Below, piece by piece: positions 19,992 to 30,521 of a stretch of 64,000 nucleotides of DNA. How positions within the stretch are numbered: position 1 is the stretch's first letter; the number at the start of each line of letters is the position of its first letter. The notes beneath the pieces were generated by a model. It was not told where the DNA came from. It ran no database searches and worked only from the letters and a program-made list of their open reading frames with translations. The stretch lies in NCBI GenBank assembly GCA_015232465.1, contig JADFZO010000006.1, positions 63-64,062 on the forward strand. The letters are read 5' to 3'. Source of the stretch: Desulfamplus sp. GTDB taxonomy: Bacteria; Desulfobacterota; Desulfobacteria; Desulfobacterales; Desulfobacteraceae. The translations under genes were made by a program, and so were the position numbers.

Positions 19992-21383
19992 CTATTTTTT
20001 TAACACCAAAAAGTATAACCTTCCAAACTGCTTCATATAACCAGCAGCAAGCTCTGAATAGTTTCCATGCCCGTAAAAGTAATCTGCACGCCCAGAGCCT
20101 TTAATAGCTCCTCCAGTATCTTGATTTAACACAAAGGCTGAGTAATACTGCCAAGCTATATTATCTTTATTGCTATCCCATGTTGGAATTGTAGTCTGCA
20201 TAAAGCAGATCGCCCCTTTAGGAAACAGTGCTGTATCGGTTGCAATTGATCTCATTCGAGTAACCTCAACCCCTAAACAGCCAACTGGTCCCCCCTCCCC
20301 TTTTCTAAAAAAGACAAAACTTGGATTGTGGTTAAGAACCTCGTCAACTCTTGATGGGTTATCATCAAGCCATTTACGAAGAGATTGCATAGTAACATCT
20401 TCTTTTTGCATCTCACCTTTGTCAACCAAATATTTTCCAATTGATCTGTATGGACGACCATTTTTTGCACTATACTGAACCTTTATTATTCCACCCTCTT
20501 TTAGCTCTATCCTTCCTGAGCCTTGAATCTCTAAGAAAAACCTATCAATACGGCTATTGACCCATGCAATTGGCTTTGCCTGTTTTTCAAAACTTGGCAT
20601 TGCATCAATTTGGGATCTTGTGTAGTAAGGGATTAACTCTTTTTTTGAGTTACGCCGAGCACCTGAAGCTGGCGTGCCTCTATATTTTCCGCTAAAACCG
20701 CCTCGTGGCACATCTATTAAATCATTGGGTTTGGAGTAGATAGGGTAGATATATTCCCCCCCTTTGACTAAACTCCCCTTTAGCGATGGCTCATAGTAAC
20801 CAGTAAACAGAACAGAGAGATCAGCCTCTCTTTTTGGCTCTTCATCTCTTCTAACAGTGGTATAGACATTGTAGTGTTTATGGATAAACTGACGAATATC
20901 ACTGCTTGAGGGGGCTTTATTAAGAAAATCAAGAAATTTTTTTGCAGATAAAAGCATAAATTGCGCATCATATTTATCATCGCCAAAGTAGAATTTTGTC
21001 GATTTAGGCACTCTACCATAGTAGGTAATGCTTTGCTTTAAAGCTCGTTTAAGCCCCTCTTTTCCATAAATATCTTTTGCAAAATCAGGGTAGTTACGCT
21101 CAGTCAATTTATGAAGGGGATATGTTGGATATTTTCCATCAAAATAGTCAATCGGTTTTTTAAACTCATACTGATCATAGGGTTTCACCCCTCTTTGATA
21201 TTTAATATCAGATTTTGTTTTTGCATCATCAACTTTAGCTGCTTGAGCTGTTATTTGATCGTTGATTTTATTAGTGGGCTGCTGCACAGTTACAGATTTA
21301 CTGCAACCACAAAATAGTCCAAATATTGCTATAATTACTACGTAGAGCAGAAAGTATCGTCTGATTTTAAATTTTTTGATCAT
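19992..21383 (-). CDS. mltA: Membrane-bound lytic murein transglycosylase A (lipoprotein)
   Basis: Lipobox-like FCGC, FTGYYEP, FFLEIQGSG, NPSFVFF, QDTGGAIKG, RADYFYG. Confidence 0.93.
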   Translation of the reverse strand: MIKKFKIRRYFLLYVVIIAIFGLFCGCSKSVTVQQPTNKINDQITAQAAKVDDAKTKSDIKYQRGVKPYDQYEFKKPIDYFDGKYPTYPLHKLTERNYPDFAKDIYGKEGLKRALKQSITYYGRVPKSTKFYFGDDKYDAQFMLLSAKKFLDFLNKAPSSSDIRQFIHKHYNVYTTVRRDEEPKREADLSVLFTGYYEPSLKGSLVKGGEYIYPIYSKPNDLIDVPRGGFSGKYRGTPASGARRNSKKELIPYYTRSQIDAMPSFEKQAKPIAWVNSRIDRFFLEIQGSGRIELKEGGIIKVQYSAKNGRPYRSIGKYLVDKGEMQKEDVTMQSLRKWLDDNPSRVDEVLNHNPSFVFFRKGEGGPVGCLGVEVTRMRSIATDTALFPKGAICFMQTTIPTWDSNKDNIAWQYYSAFVLNQDTGGAIKGSGRADYFYGHGNYSELAAGYMKQFGRLYFLVLKK

Positions 21384-21391
21384 TTTTCATC

Positions 21392-21892
21392 TCATATTAA
21401 ATCTAATTTTTCATATCTTTTAGCTACAAAATCACCACTTTTACCGCCACTTTTGCTTTTAAGGTGAATATCTAAGATAACCATCTCTTTATCGTAAGAT
21501 TTGCACATATCATAAATTGTAAGAGCAGCAACAGAGACAGCAGTTAATGCCTCCATCTCCACGCCAGTTTTACCTGAAAGTGAAGCCTGAGCCTCAATTT
21601 TTATTGAGCTTGACTCAAGATCAGGATAAAAATCTATACCAACATAGGTCAAGTTTAGTTGGTGACACATAGGTATCAATTCTGATGTTTTTTTAGCAGC
21701 CATGATTCCAGCAATTCTTGCTGTCTCCAAGACATTTCCCTTTTTTACTGAAGAGGTTGTTATCTTTTCCAAAGTGGTTGGATCCATTTTAATATTGCCA
21801 AATGCCACAGCAACACGCTTTGTGCTCTCTTTATCTCCAACATCAACCATTCTTACTCTGCCGTTTTTATCAAGATGGGTAAACTCTGTCAT
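21392..21892 (-). CDS. moaC: Cyclic pyranopterin monophosphate synthase MoaC
   Basis: THLD...RMVDV, KKGNVL, ARIAGIMAAKKT..LIPMCH, TGVEMEAL, IYDMCK, KSGGKSG. Confidence 0.97.
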   Translation of the reverse strand: MTEFTHLDKNGRVRMVDVGDKESTKRVAVAFGNIKMDPTTLEKITTSSVKKGNVLETARIAGIMAAKKTSELIPMCHQLNLTYVGIDFYPDLESSSIKIEAQASLSGKTGVEMEALTAVSVAALTIYDMCKSYDKEMVILDIHLKSKSGGKSGDFVAKRYEKLDLI

Positions 21893-21942
21893 ATCTTTAA
21901 TTTTTCCTTTTTTGGCTTTTTAAAAACTAAACTAAATATATA

Positions 21943-21990
21943 TGGGTAGTGTTACAAATCTGATATTAGACAAATTTATAACACTACCCA
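21943..21990. repeat. Inverted repeat hairpin
   Basis: TGGGTAGTGTTACAAAT...ATTTATAACACTACCCA. Confidence 0.6.
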
Positions 21991-22044
21991 CAAAAAGATC
22001 AAATCAATTGACTTAACTCCTAATTTAACGATGGAGTTTTTAAA

Positions 22045-22662
22045 TTAGAGGCAACCTCTGCATATCTTTTTATCATCAACCATCTCAAGTTTTGTCCGCA
22101 TAGTTGGCTCACCGCAGATAAAACAAGGCTCAGATGGCTCAATAACTGCTTTTGAAGGCGGAGTCATCTGAACAGTTCTGATGTTAAAAAGGGCATCTGC
22201 TGGGGTTAGTAAAATATCTCTGCTTCTTTGGCTATGAAGTTCGTGGAATCGATCTGTCTCCTCTTTAGTTGCTTCGCCTGATCTCACCTTTTGAATAAGT
22301 GCAGAGTGCTCCTCATTAGGAGACATCATATTAGGACGCATGGAGAGCCTCACCCCTCTTCCTGAGTTGCGGCTAAATAGCGTTAAAACCATCTTGCCGT
22401 GATCTTTGTAGATAAAGTTACCTTTGCCAAATGTGCAGCCAGTAAGAACCTGAACAGCATCAGCAGAACAGGCATCAGTCTCAACAACTGCCACAATCTC
22501 CTCGTCTGGGGATCGCTCTTCATTTAGCCTTCTCATAGCCTCTGTGGCTGCTTTATAGCCAATCGAAAGACCAGGGCAGATATGACCATGAAAATCTACG
22601 CACTTTTTAAAGCTCTCTGACTCCATAATATCAGCTCTATTTGCACTACAACAGTTACACAT
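22045..22662 (-). CDS. FmdE/FwdE-family protein with C-terminal zinc finger
   Basis: FHGHICPGL, ETDACSADAVQ..TGCTFGKGN, C-terminal CFICGE...CRGC. Confidence 0.9.
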   Translation of the reverse strand: MCNCCSANRADIMESESFKKCVDFHGHICPGLSIGYKAATEAMRRLNEERSPDEEIVAVVETDACSADAVQVLTGCTFGKGNFIYKDHGKMVLTLFSRNSGRGVRLSMRPNMMSPNEEHSALIQKVRSGEATKEETDRFHELHSQRSRDILLTPADALFNIRTVQMTPPSKAVIEPSEPCFICGEPTMRTKLEMVDDKKICRGCL

Positions 22663-22990
22663 AATCTTTACTCTCCTTAACTTTTTATCTCATACAATGT
22701 TTTTGGTAGCGTGCATCAATTTTTATACACTCACTTGAAACTTAATACTATTTTTTTAAACTATGTTATATCAACTTAAAATTTACGGTCAACTCCAATT
22801 TTTATATTATTTTTATCACTTAAATTGTTTTAAAATCTTAAAGATTTTTATCTGTTTTTTTTATATTCTCTTTATAAACCACCTTCTTGGTGGTAAGTTT
22901 TGCCATTTAAATAGACAATCAATTACTATTTATCAACTATTTTGAGCCATCTTACGTTTCATCAAAAAAAATAAAATGGAGATAGAAGTT

Positions 22991-23503
22991 ATGCATCTTC
23001 CCCCAATCATCTCAATAGTTAGCAAAAAAAGGGCTGGTAAGACTACGCTGATTGTTAAGTTAATTCCAGAGTTAAAAAATAGAGGGTACAGAGTTGGAAC
23101 ACTTAAACACGACACACACGGGTTTGATATTGATCATGAGGGTAAAGATACATACAAACATAAAGAGGCTGGCTCTGATACTGTTGTAATCTCTTCACCG
23201 TGGAAAATATCTATCATAAAAGATGTGAGCCAAGAGATGAGTGTTGATGAGGTTCTTAAAAGCTATTTCTTAGATGTAGATATAGTTATTACAGAAGGGT
23301 ATAAAAAGGCAAACAAACTGCAAATTGAGGTATTTAGAAAAGGTGCTCATGAATACCCAATGTATAAAAAGGGGGATAAATCGACAACTATCGCGATTGC
23401 ATCTGACACCCCTTTAGATGTTGATATTCCTATTTATAATATCAATGACATCAAAGCAATAGCTGATCTGATTGAATCAAAGCTGCTTTTAAAGCCTCTT
23501 TAG
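22991..23503 (+). CDS. mobB: Molybdopterin-guanine dinucleotide biosynthesis protein B
   Basis: AGKTTLI, LKHDTHGFDIDHEGKDTYKH, DIVITEGYK; ATG at 22991 after GGAG. Confidence 0.93.
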   Translation: MHLPPIISIVSKKRAGKTTLIVKLIPELKNRGYRVGTLKHDTHGFDIDHEGKDTYKHKEAGSDTVVISSPWKISIIKDVSQEMSVDEVLKSYFLDVDIVITEGYKKANKLQIEVFRKGAHEYPMYKKGDKSTTIAIASDTPLDVDIPIYNINDIKAIADLIESKLLLKPL

Positions 23504-24080
23504 TGTTCACATTAAAAAATGATAACATCTTAGGATCAGCCTTCTGTAACCTATCTTTGTCTATTGTTGTAAGATTAACAGCATTAAAAAAGTTGTAAAT
23601 ACGATAATCTTTAGAGTTAAGAAGAGTCTCAATTTTTGGAAGGCAATGCTTTGAATAAAGGGCACAAAGAGGTTCATAATGCCCATCATAATTGGGAATA
23701 ACAACATCAGATTCAGGGTTAGAGTCAATTGAGCCAAGAATAAGCTCAATCAATGAGGGTTGAATAAATGGAGCATCACACGGCACAATAAAAGATCGAA
23801 AGTTTTTTGCGTGATATAGAGCAGAGTGAATTCCAGTTAGTGAAGAGCGATCTTCATAGATGTCTGTTACTGTTTTAATTTTATCACCAGTTGCAGAGAG
23901 ATAGTCGCTATACTCTGCTGGATTTTTAGTTACAATCAATATCTCATCAAAATATCGCTCCAAAGTGGTGATTAATCGAGATAAAATTGTCTTGTTACCA
24001 ACCTTTAAAAATGCCTTGTTAGTTCCGCCCATTCTGGAGTTCAAACCACCTGCAACAACTGCAGCACTAAATTTATCCAT
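23451..24080 (-). CDS. mobA: Molybdenum cofactor guanylyltransferase
   Basis: VVAGGLNSRMGGTNKA, LTGIHSAL, VPCDAP, EPLCALYS, FFNVNT; ATG at 24080 after GAGG. Confidence 0.93.
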   Translation of the reverse strand: MDKFSAAVVAGGLNSRMGGTNKAFLKVGNKTILSRLITTLERYFDEILIVTKNPAEYSDYLSATGDKIKTVTDIYEDRSSLTGIHSALYHAKNFRSFIVPCDAPFIQPSLIELILGSIDSNPESDVVIPNYDGHYEPLCALYSKHCLPKIETLLNSKDYRIYNFFNAVNLTTIDKDRLQKADPKMLSFFNVNTKEALKAALIQSDQLLL

Positions 24081-24090
24081 AATTTTTACC

Positions 24091-25329
24091 TCACACAATT
24101 TGAACCTTAATAACTTCTCCTGATGCTATTAAGGTTTTCCCCTCTGGAATTGTTGCAATTGCATTTGCCTGTGCCATTGCCTGAAGTCTCCCTTTTTGGC
24201 GGAGCGAGTGAAAAATAGGCATAACATCAGATTGAGTTACAACACCAAAAACAAACTGAGTCCAATCACTATCTCGCCCATAAAGCTCTGATTCAAGCAT
24301 TACTGTTGCAGTTTTAAGACCGGGATTTGGGTAGCCAGCAAGCCTCATAAGTCCAGGAAGAGCTATCTGCAAAAATCCCATTAGATTTGAAGGGGGACCA
24401 CCAGGAAGTATAAAAACAGGCTTTTGATTTAAAATCCCAAACCCAACCGCCTTTCCAGGACCAATTCTAATTCTGTGAAATATCTGCTTCCAACCCATAG
24501 AGAGAAGAATTTTTGCAACCATATCTCTATCACCAGTCCACGCTCCGCCACTTGTGATTATGGCATCTGAAACTTCTAAAGCACTCTTTAAAGTAGAACG
24601 TATCTCATCTTCAACATCTTTTACAATAAAAGTTAGGCTCTTCATGCCGTAATCGTGGCAAAAAGCACTTAAGGTAACCATATTGCTTGCATAAAGTTTA
24701 CCCTCAGATAGAGGCAGACCCGGTGCAATAACCTCATTGCCAGTGGCAATAATGGATACAATAGGCTGTTTAAAGAGTTGAATTTGACTAAATCCAGATG
24801 CAGCAAGAAGCCCCGCAAAGCCAGCGGTGATAAACTGATTTGCAGAGACAACAGGCTCGCCTACTTTAACATCTGAGCCTTTTGGTAAAATATTGCGACC
24901 AAATTCCGCAACATTTTTTGCAATAACTGTTGAATAGTTATTGCTACGTTGAACATCAACATACTCTTCAGAGAGCACAGCATCTGCTCCGTCAGGTAGC
25001 TTTGCACCTGTTAATATTCGGTAAGCCTCGCCAGATTTAAGGCAGAAATTCTCTTTATCTTCAACCTTATCTCCTGCAGCAGCATAACCTTTGAGTTTTA
25101 ATTTTACTGGGTTATTTTCAGATGCAAAGGTTAAATCCTCAGATTTTACAGCATAACCATCTTTTAACGATGCGTTAATTGATGGAGAATCAACTTTGGC
25201 TATCAAATCTTGTGCTGCAATGCGTCCCGTACTTTCAGAGAGTTCAACCATCTCAACTCCAAGCGGAACAATAGCTTCAACTGTCTTTTTTAAGGCTTCA
25301 TCAAACCCTATGGGTAGCCACTTAACCAT
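24091..25329 (-). CDS. moeA: Molybdopterin molybdotransferase MoeA
   Basis: SLKDGYAV, RILTGAKLPDGADAV, ATGNE, ITSGG, GPGK, LPGGPPS. Confidence 0.92.
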   Translation of the reverse strand: MVKWLPIGFDEALKKTVEAIVPLGVEMVELSESTGRIAAQDLIAKVDSPSINASLKDGYAVKSEDLTFASENNPVKLKLKGYAAAGDKVEDKENFCLKSGEAYRILTGAKLPDGADAVLSEEYVDVQRSNNYSTVIAKNVAEFGRNILPKGSDVKVGEPVVSANQFITAGFAGLLAASGFSQIQLFKQPIVSIIATGNEVIAPGLPLSEGKLYASNMVTLSAFCHDYGMKSLTFIVKDVEDEIRSTLKSALEVSDAIITSGGAWTGDRDMVAKILLSMGWKQIFHRIRIGPGKAVGFGILNQKPVFILPGGPPSNLMGFLQIALPGLMRLAGYPNPGLKTATVMLESELYGRDSDWTQFVFGVVTQSDVMPIFHSLRQKGRLQAMAQANAIATIPEGKTLIASGEVIKVQIV

Positions 25330-25449
25330 TCAAATCTCCTAAAATTTGGGGTTTTTTTTATCTTTTTTTATTATAACTGTTGTGCTAATGTAAAAATCTT
25401 AAATCAGACTAAAGGTAATTTAACACCCTATCACACAAAATAATAATAA

Positions 25450-26517
<1,068 letters not shown>

Positions 26518-26563
26518 ACTAAAAATCCTAAGTTACAGATAAAGGGGAATAAACAGACTCAAG

Positions 26564-27295
26564 ATGATAACAGACAATGTTGAGGATTTAGAGTCAATTT
26601 TTAACCAGCAAAGTTTTTTAATCAGGCTCAGAGGCGATGAGGAGCTTTTAAAAGAGCTTGTCTCAGCTTTTCCTACGCTCTTATCCAAAGATATAGCAAA
26701 TTTAAAAAGAGCTTGGGAGCAAAACGATGCTGACAATATAAGGCTTTGTGCCCATACGATTAAAGGCATGAGTAGTAACTTTTCTGCCAACAGGCTTCGT
26801 GAGGCTGCTTATCAGATAGAGATGGTATTTAAAGACTATTTAGCAGAATCTAAATCAGGCAAAATATGCGAAGCGAGCTTCACAGAGGCAAATATTGGGC
26901 TGCTAAATAGATTAGATCAGGAGATTGAGGCTCTGAAAGCTGTGCTCATAAATATTTTCCCTGAAATCTTCAACAAAGATGATACGCCAACAACAGATGA
27001 TAGATTAAAAGAGATTGCACAAGAGAGTGGTGCTAAACTTCAAGAGGTTATCAAATACATTGAAGAGCAGATAATCCCCAAATATCCAGAAAGGCTCTCA
27101 AACTCTAAAATGATAGATAGTTTTGGACAAGAGTTAAAAAAACTTGCAGATAGGTATCAGATTGCTTTTTTAAGCGATTACAGCCTAAAATACTCTAAGG
27201 CAGCAAAGCACTTTGATATTATTGAGATAGAGAGAATTAGAAGAGAGTTGCCATCAATTGTTTATAAGATACAAGAGGCGATAAATAAGAGTTGA
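26564..27295 (+). CDS. Hpt phosphotransfer domain protein with helical C-terminal domain
   Basis: RLRGDEELLKEL, AHTIKGMSSNFSA (phospho-His), AAYQIE. Confidence 0.8.
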   Translation: MITDNVEDLESIFNQQSFLIRLRGDEELLKELVSAFPTLLSKDIANLKRAWEQNDADNIRLCAHTIKGMSSNFSANRLREAAYQIEMVFKDYLAESKSGKICEASFTEANIGLLNRLDQEIEALKAVLINIFPEIFNKDDTPTTDDRLKEIAQESGAKLQEVIKYIEEQIIPKYPERLSNSKMIDSFGQELKKLADRYQIAFLSDYSLKYSKAAKHFDIIEIERIRRELPSIVYKIQEAINKS

Positions 27296-27376
27296 ATTAT
27301 ACAATGATATTGTATGGCAATGGTCGTAAATTACTTTAAGTCAGTACAATTTAAGTTGATTTAACCTTATTAATTG

Positions 27377-27405
27377 TTGACAAAGCATAGATTGACGTAT
27401 ATAAG
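27377..27405 (+). promoter_or_regulatory. Sigma70 promoter of tRNA-Gly/Cys operon
   Basis: TTGACA-17 bp-TATAAG, 13 bp before tRNA-Gly. Confidence 0.7.
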
Positions 27406-27418
27406 GACTCTCATTTTA

Positions 27419-27493
27419 GCGGGAATAACTCAGTGGTAGAGTGCGACCTTGCCAAGGTCGAAGTCGCGGGTTCAAATCCCGTTTCCCGCTCCA
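27419..27493 (+). tRNA. tRNA-Gly (GCC)
   Basis: GCGGGAA acceptor, CGACC-TTGCCAA-GGTCG anticodon arm, GGTTCAAATCC, CCA. Confidence 0.97.
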
Positions 27494-27498
27494 TAATA

Positions 27499-27573
27499 GG
27501 CGGCTTGGCCAAGTGGTAAGGCGACGGCCTGCAAAGCCGTTATTCTCCAGTTCAAATCTGGAAGCCGCCTCCA
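27499..27573 (+). tRNA. tRNA-Cys (GCA)
   Basis: GGCGGCT acceptor, ACGGC-CTGCAAA-GCCGT anticodon arm, AGTTCAAATCT, U discriminator, CCA. Confidence 0.96.
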
Positions 27574-27616
27574 ACAAATAAAAAATATAGTGTTTTTAAA
27601 AATATGGTACGTTATC

Positions 27617-27654
27617 AAGGGGTTATGTCTAAAGACTTAACCCCTTATTTTTTT
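27617..27654 (+). terminator. Rho-independent terminator after tRNAs
   Basis: AAGGGGTTATGTCT-aa-AGACTTAACCCCTT followed by a T-run. Confidence 0.8.
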
Positions 27655-27694
27655 GTCTTAAATAGCCCAAGAAAACATTAGGATATAGCTATTT

Positions 27695-28468
27695 ATGAAA
27701 TTTAGACCATGTATTGACATAAAGAACGGTAAGGTTGTTCAGATTGTTGGCAGCACTTTACAAGAGAGTAGAGCTGAAGCACCTGACACGGCAATAACCA
27801 ACTTTGAAAGCTCTCACGATTCATCATATTTTGCAAAACTTTACAAAAATAATGCAATTTATGGAGGGCATGTTATCTCGCTTGGATCAGGCAACCATGA
27901 TGCTGTTATATCTGCACTTCACGCATTTGCTGGAGGGTTGCAATTTGGCGGAGGAATCAATCCCGACAATGCTGCTATCTACCTTGATGCTGGGGCAAGT
28001 CATGTTATTGTAACCTCATATCTATTTTCTGATGGCGATATTGATATGGATAGAGTTAAACTTTTAGTAAAAAAAATTGGTAAAAAAAATCTTGTTCTTG
28101 ATTTTAGCTGCCGCAAAAGAGATGAAGAGTATTGGATCGTTACAGATAGATGGCAAAAATTTACAAAGGTCTCTGTAAATCAAAAAAACCTTGAGCAGTT
28201 TGCAAAATATTGCGATGAGTTTCTTGTGCATGGAGTTGATGTTGAGGGCAAAATGGCTGGTATTGAATCTTATCTTGTTGAGATTCTTGGCAGATATTCA
28301 CCAATACCAGTAACTTACGCTGGCGGGGTTAAATCTTTTTCTGATCTTGATCTTGTTAAGCGTATTGGTTGTGATCGAGTTGATCTTACAATTGGCAGTG
28401 CTCTTGATATATTTGGAGGCACAATACCATACAAAGAGGTGGTAAAATGGCACAAGTCAAACCAGTAG
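27695..28468 (+). CDS. hisA: ProFAR isomerase HisA, eukaryote (His6)-type
   Basis: MKFRPCIDIKNGKVVQIVG, GGHVI, GASHVIVTSY, LDFSCR, DEFLVHGVDVEG, LTIGSALDIFGG. Confidence 0.92.
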   Translation: MKFRPCIDIKNGKVVQIVGSTLQESRAEAPDTAITNFESSHDSSYFAKLYKNNAIYGGHVISLGSGNHDAVISALHAFAGGLQFGGGINPDNAAIYLDAGASHVIVTSYLFSDGDIDMDRVKLLVKKIGKKNLVLDFSCRKRDEEYWIVTDRWQKFTKVSVNQKNLEQFAKYCDEFLVHGVDVEGKMAGIESYLVEILGRYSPIPVTYAGGVKSFSDLDLVKRIGCDRVDLTIGSALDIFGGTIPYKEVVKWHKSNQ

Positions 28469-28761
28469 AGGAAGAGCCATCAGATGATATTTCTCAAACT
28501 TTAAGCAGAACTCAAAAGAAAAAGGCTGCCCAAAATCTTCAAAAGTTCGGAGAGTTTCTTGTAACATCAGTCCCAGTCTCTGAAATAGAGGCTCTTGATA
28601 TTTCAAAAGAGCTTAAAAGTGCCATAAATACAACTAAGCAAATCACAAAGCATGGGGCAAGAAAGCGTCAGCTTCAATATATTGGCGTGCTTATGAGAGA
28701 GGCTGATCCTACCCATATCTCTAATATAATTGAAAAACTATCTCTTTATAAGAAGTTTTAA
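28447..28761 (+). CDS. YjgA/DarP (DUF615)-like ribosome-associated protein, short form
   Basis: SRTQKKK...LQKFGE, HGARKRQLQYIGVLMR. Confidence 0.8.
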   Translation: MAQVKPVEEEPSDDISQTLSRTQKKKAAQNLQKFGEFLVTSVPVSEIEALDISKELKSAINTTKQITKHGARKRQLQYIGVLMREADPTHISNIIEKLSLYKKF

Positions 28762-30521
28762 TGCTTCTTCCTACCACCACAAAAGAGGTTAGAGCCTTTG
28801 GCTGGCAGCAGCTTGATGTTATCCTTATATCAGGAGATACCTACATTGACTCCCCATTTACAGGTGTTGCTGTTATTGGAAAACTGCTTTTAAAACAGGG
28901 GTTTAGGGTCGGAATAATCGCACAGCCTGACATTAACTCTGATAAAGATATTTCAAGATTAGGAGAGCCATCGCTATTTTGGGGGATATCATCAGGGGCA
29001 GTTGACTCAATGGTCTCTAATTACACAGCACTTAAAAAAAGACGTAAAACAGATGACTACACCCCATCAGGGCTAAATAACAGGCGACCAGATAGGGCAG
29101 TGATTGCATATAGCAATCTTGTCAGACGCTATTTTAAAAAAACATGCCCAATTGTGCTTGGAGGAATTGAGGCAAGTTTAAGGCGAATATGCCACTACGA
29201 TTTTTGGTCAGACTCAATAAGACGCTCAATTCTATTTGATGCAAAGGCTGATTATCTAATCTATGGAATGGGTGAATCTGCGGTTGTTGAGCTTGCCAAT
29301 GCTCTTAAAAATAGAGATAGCTCATCAATTTATAAAATAAGAGGGCTTTGCTATATCTCGAACACCTCTTTAGCACAAAATAGCTACATAACGCTTCCTC
29401 CATATCAGGTTGTGGTGCAAGATAGATTAAAATTTATTGAGAGTTTTCATCTATTTTATAAAAACAACGACCCTTTAACAGCAAAAGGGTTAATTCAAGA
29501 GCATGACTCAAGATGTTTAATTCACAATCCTCCCCAATTTTATCCTAACACTCAAGAGATGGACAATATTGCTGCTCTAAAGTTTGAGCGAGAGGTTCAT
29601 CCGTACTACGAAAAATTGGGCAAAGTAAAGGCTCTTGATACTATCCAATTTTCAATATCTACCCATCGAGGCTGTTATGGAGAGTGCAATTTTTGCTCAA
29701 TTGCTATCCATGAGGGCAGATGCGTAAGATGGCGAAGTGAAGCCTCAATCATCAATGAGGTAAAAGAGATGACACTTCACCCCAACTTTAAGGGGATAAT
29801 TTCTGATATTGGGGGACCAACTGCAAATATGTATGGTTTTGAGTGTCAAAAAAAGCTAAAGAGCGGGGCGTGTTTGGATAGACGCTGCATATTTCCAACT
29901 GTCTGCAAAAATCTAAAGCCTGATCACTCAAAGCTGATAAATTTACTTAAAAAAATAAGAGAAATTAAAGGGGTTAGACGGCTATTTGTAGCATCTGGCA
30001 TAAGATGCGATCTTATATTTTCTGATCAAAAATATGGGGATAAATATATTGAAGAGGTTACACTAAACCATGTATCTGGGCAGTTAAAGGTTGCACCTGA
30101 GCATATTAAAGCTCATATACTTGAGCTTATGGGCAAATCTGATAGCTCTTATCTTTTAAAGTTTAAAAAGATATTTGACACTCTATCTTTAAAGAGCAAT
30201 AAAAAACAGTTCTTGACCTACTATTTAATGGCAGCACACCCTGGTTGCACATTTGATGATATGATCGAGCTTAAAAAATTTGTTCACGATAAGCTAAAAA
30301 TAACACCTGAGCAGATTCAGATTTTTACGCCAACTCCATCAAGCTACTCAACACTCATGTATTACACTGAAATATGCCCATTTACAGAAAAAAAACTCTT
30401 TGTTGAAAAGGGGGTTGCTGGTAAAGATAGGCAAAAAGGGGTGATTTTAAAAAAAGGTGTTAAATTGGCGAACAGAAGAGAGGAGTTTTTAAAAAAAGAT
30501 TGGGATACAGAGCAAAAATAA
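28761..30521 (+). CDS. YgiQ (UPF0313) family radical SAM protein
   Basis: GDTYIDSP, DSMVSNYT, RPDRAV, GGIEASLRR, HRGCYGECNFC, DIGGPTANMY, YLMAAHPG. Confidence 0.93.
   Translation: MLLPTTTKEVRAFGWQQLDVILISGDTYIDSPFTGVAVIGKLLLKQGFRVGIIAQPDINSDKDISRLGEPSLFWGISSGAVDSMVSNYTALKKRRKTDDYTPSGLNNRRPDRAVIAYSNLVRRYFKKTCPIVLGGIEASLRRICHYDFWSDSIRRSILFDAKADYLIYGMGESAVVELANALKNRDSSSIYKIRGLCYISNTSLAQNSYITLPPYQVVVQDRLKFIESFHLFYKNNDPLTAKGLIQEHDSRCLIHNPPQFYPNTQEMDNIAALKFEREVHPYYEKLGKVKALDTIQFSISTHRGCYGECNFCSIAIHEGRCVRWRSEASIINEVKEMTLHPNFKGIISDIGGPTANMYGFECQKKLKSGACLDRRCIFPTVCKNLKPDHSKLINLLKKIREIKGVRRLFVASGIRCDLIFSDQKYGDKYIEEVTLNHVSGQLKVAPEHIKAHILELMGKSDSSYLLKFKKIFDTLSLKSNKKQFLTYYLMAAHPGCTFDDMIELKKFVHDKLKITPEQIQIFTPTPSSYSTLMYYTEICPFTEKKLFVEKGVAGKDRQKGVILKKGVKLANRREEFLKKDWDTEQK

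Noticed and set aside
22763-22945. 60-aa ORF in the FmdE-mobB gap
   Set aside because: Very AT-rich, Phe/Ile/Tyr-biased, no RBS; more likely divergent promoter DNA
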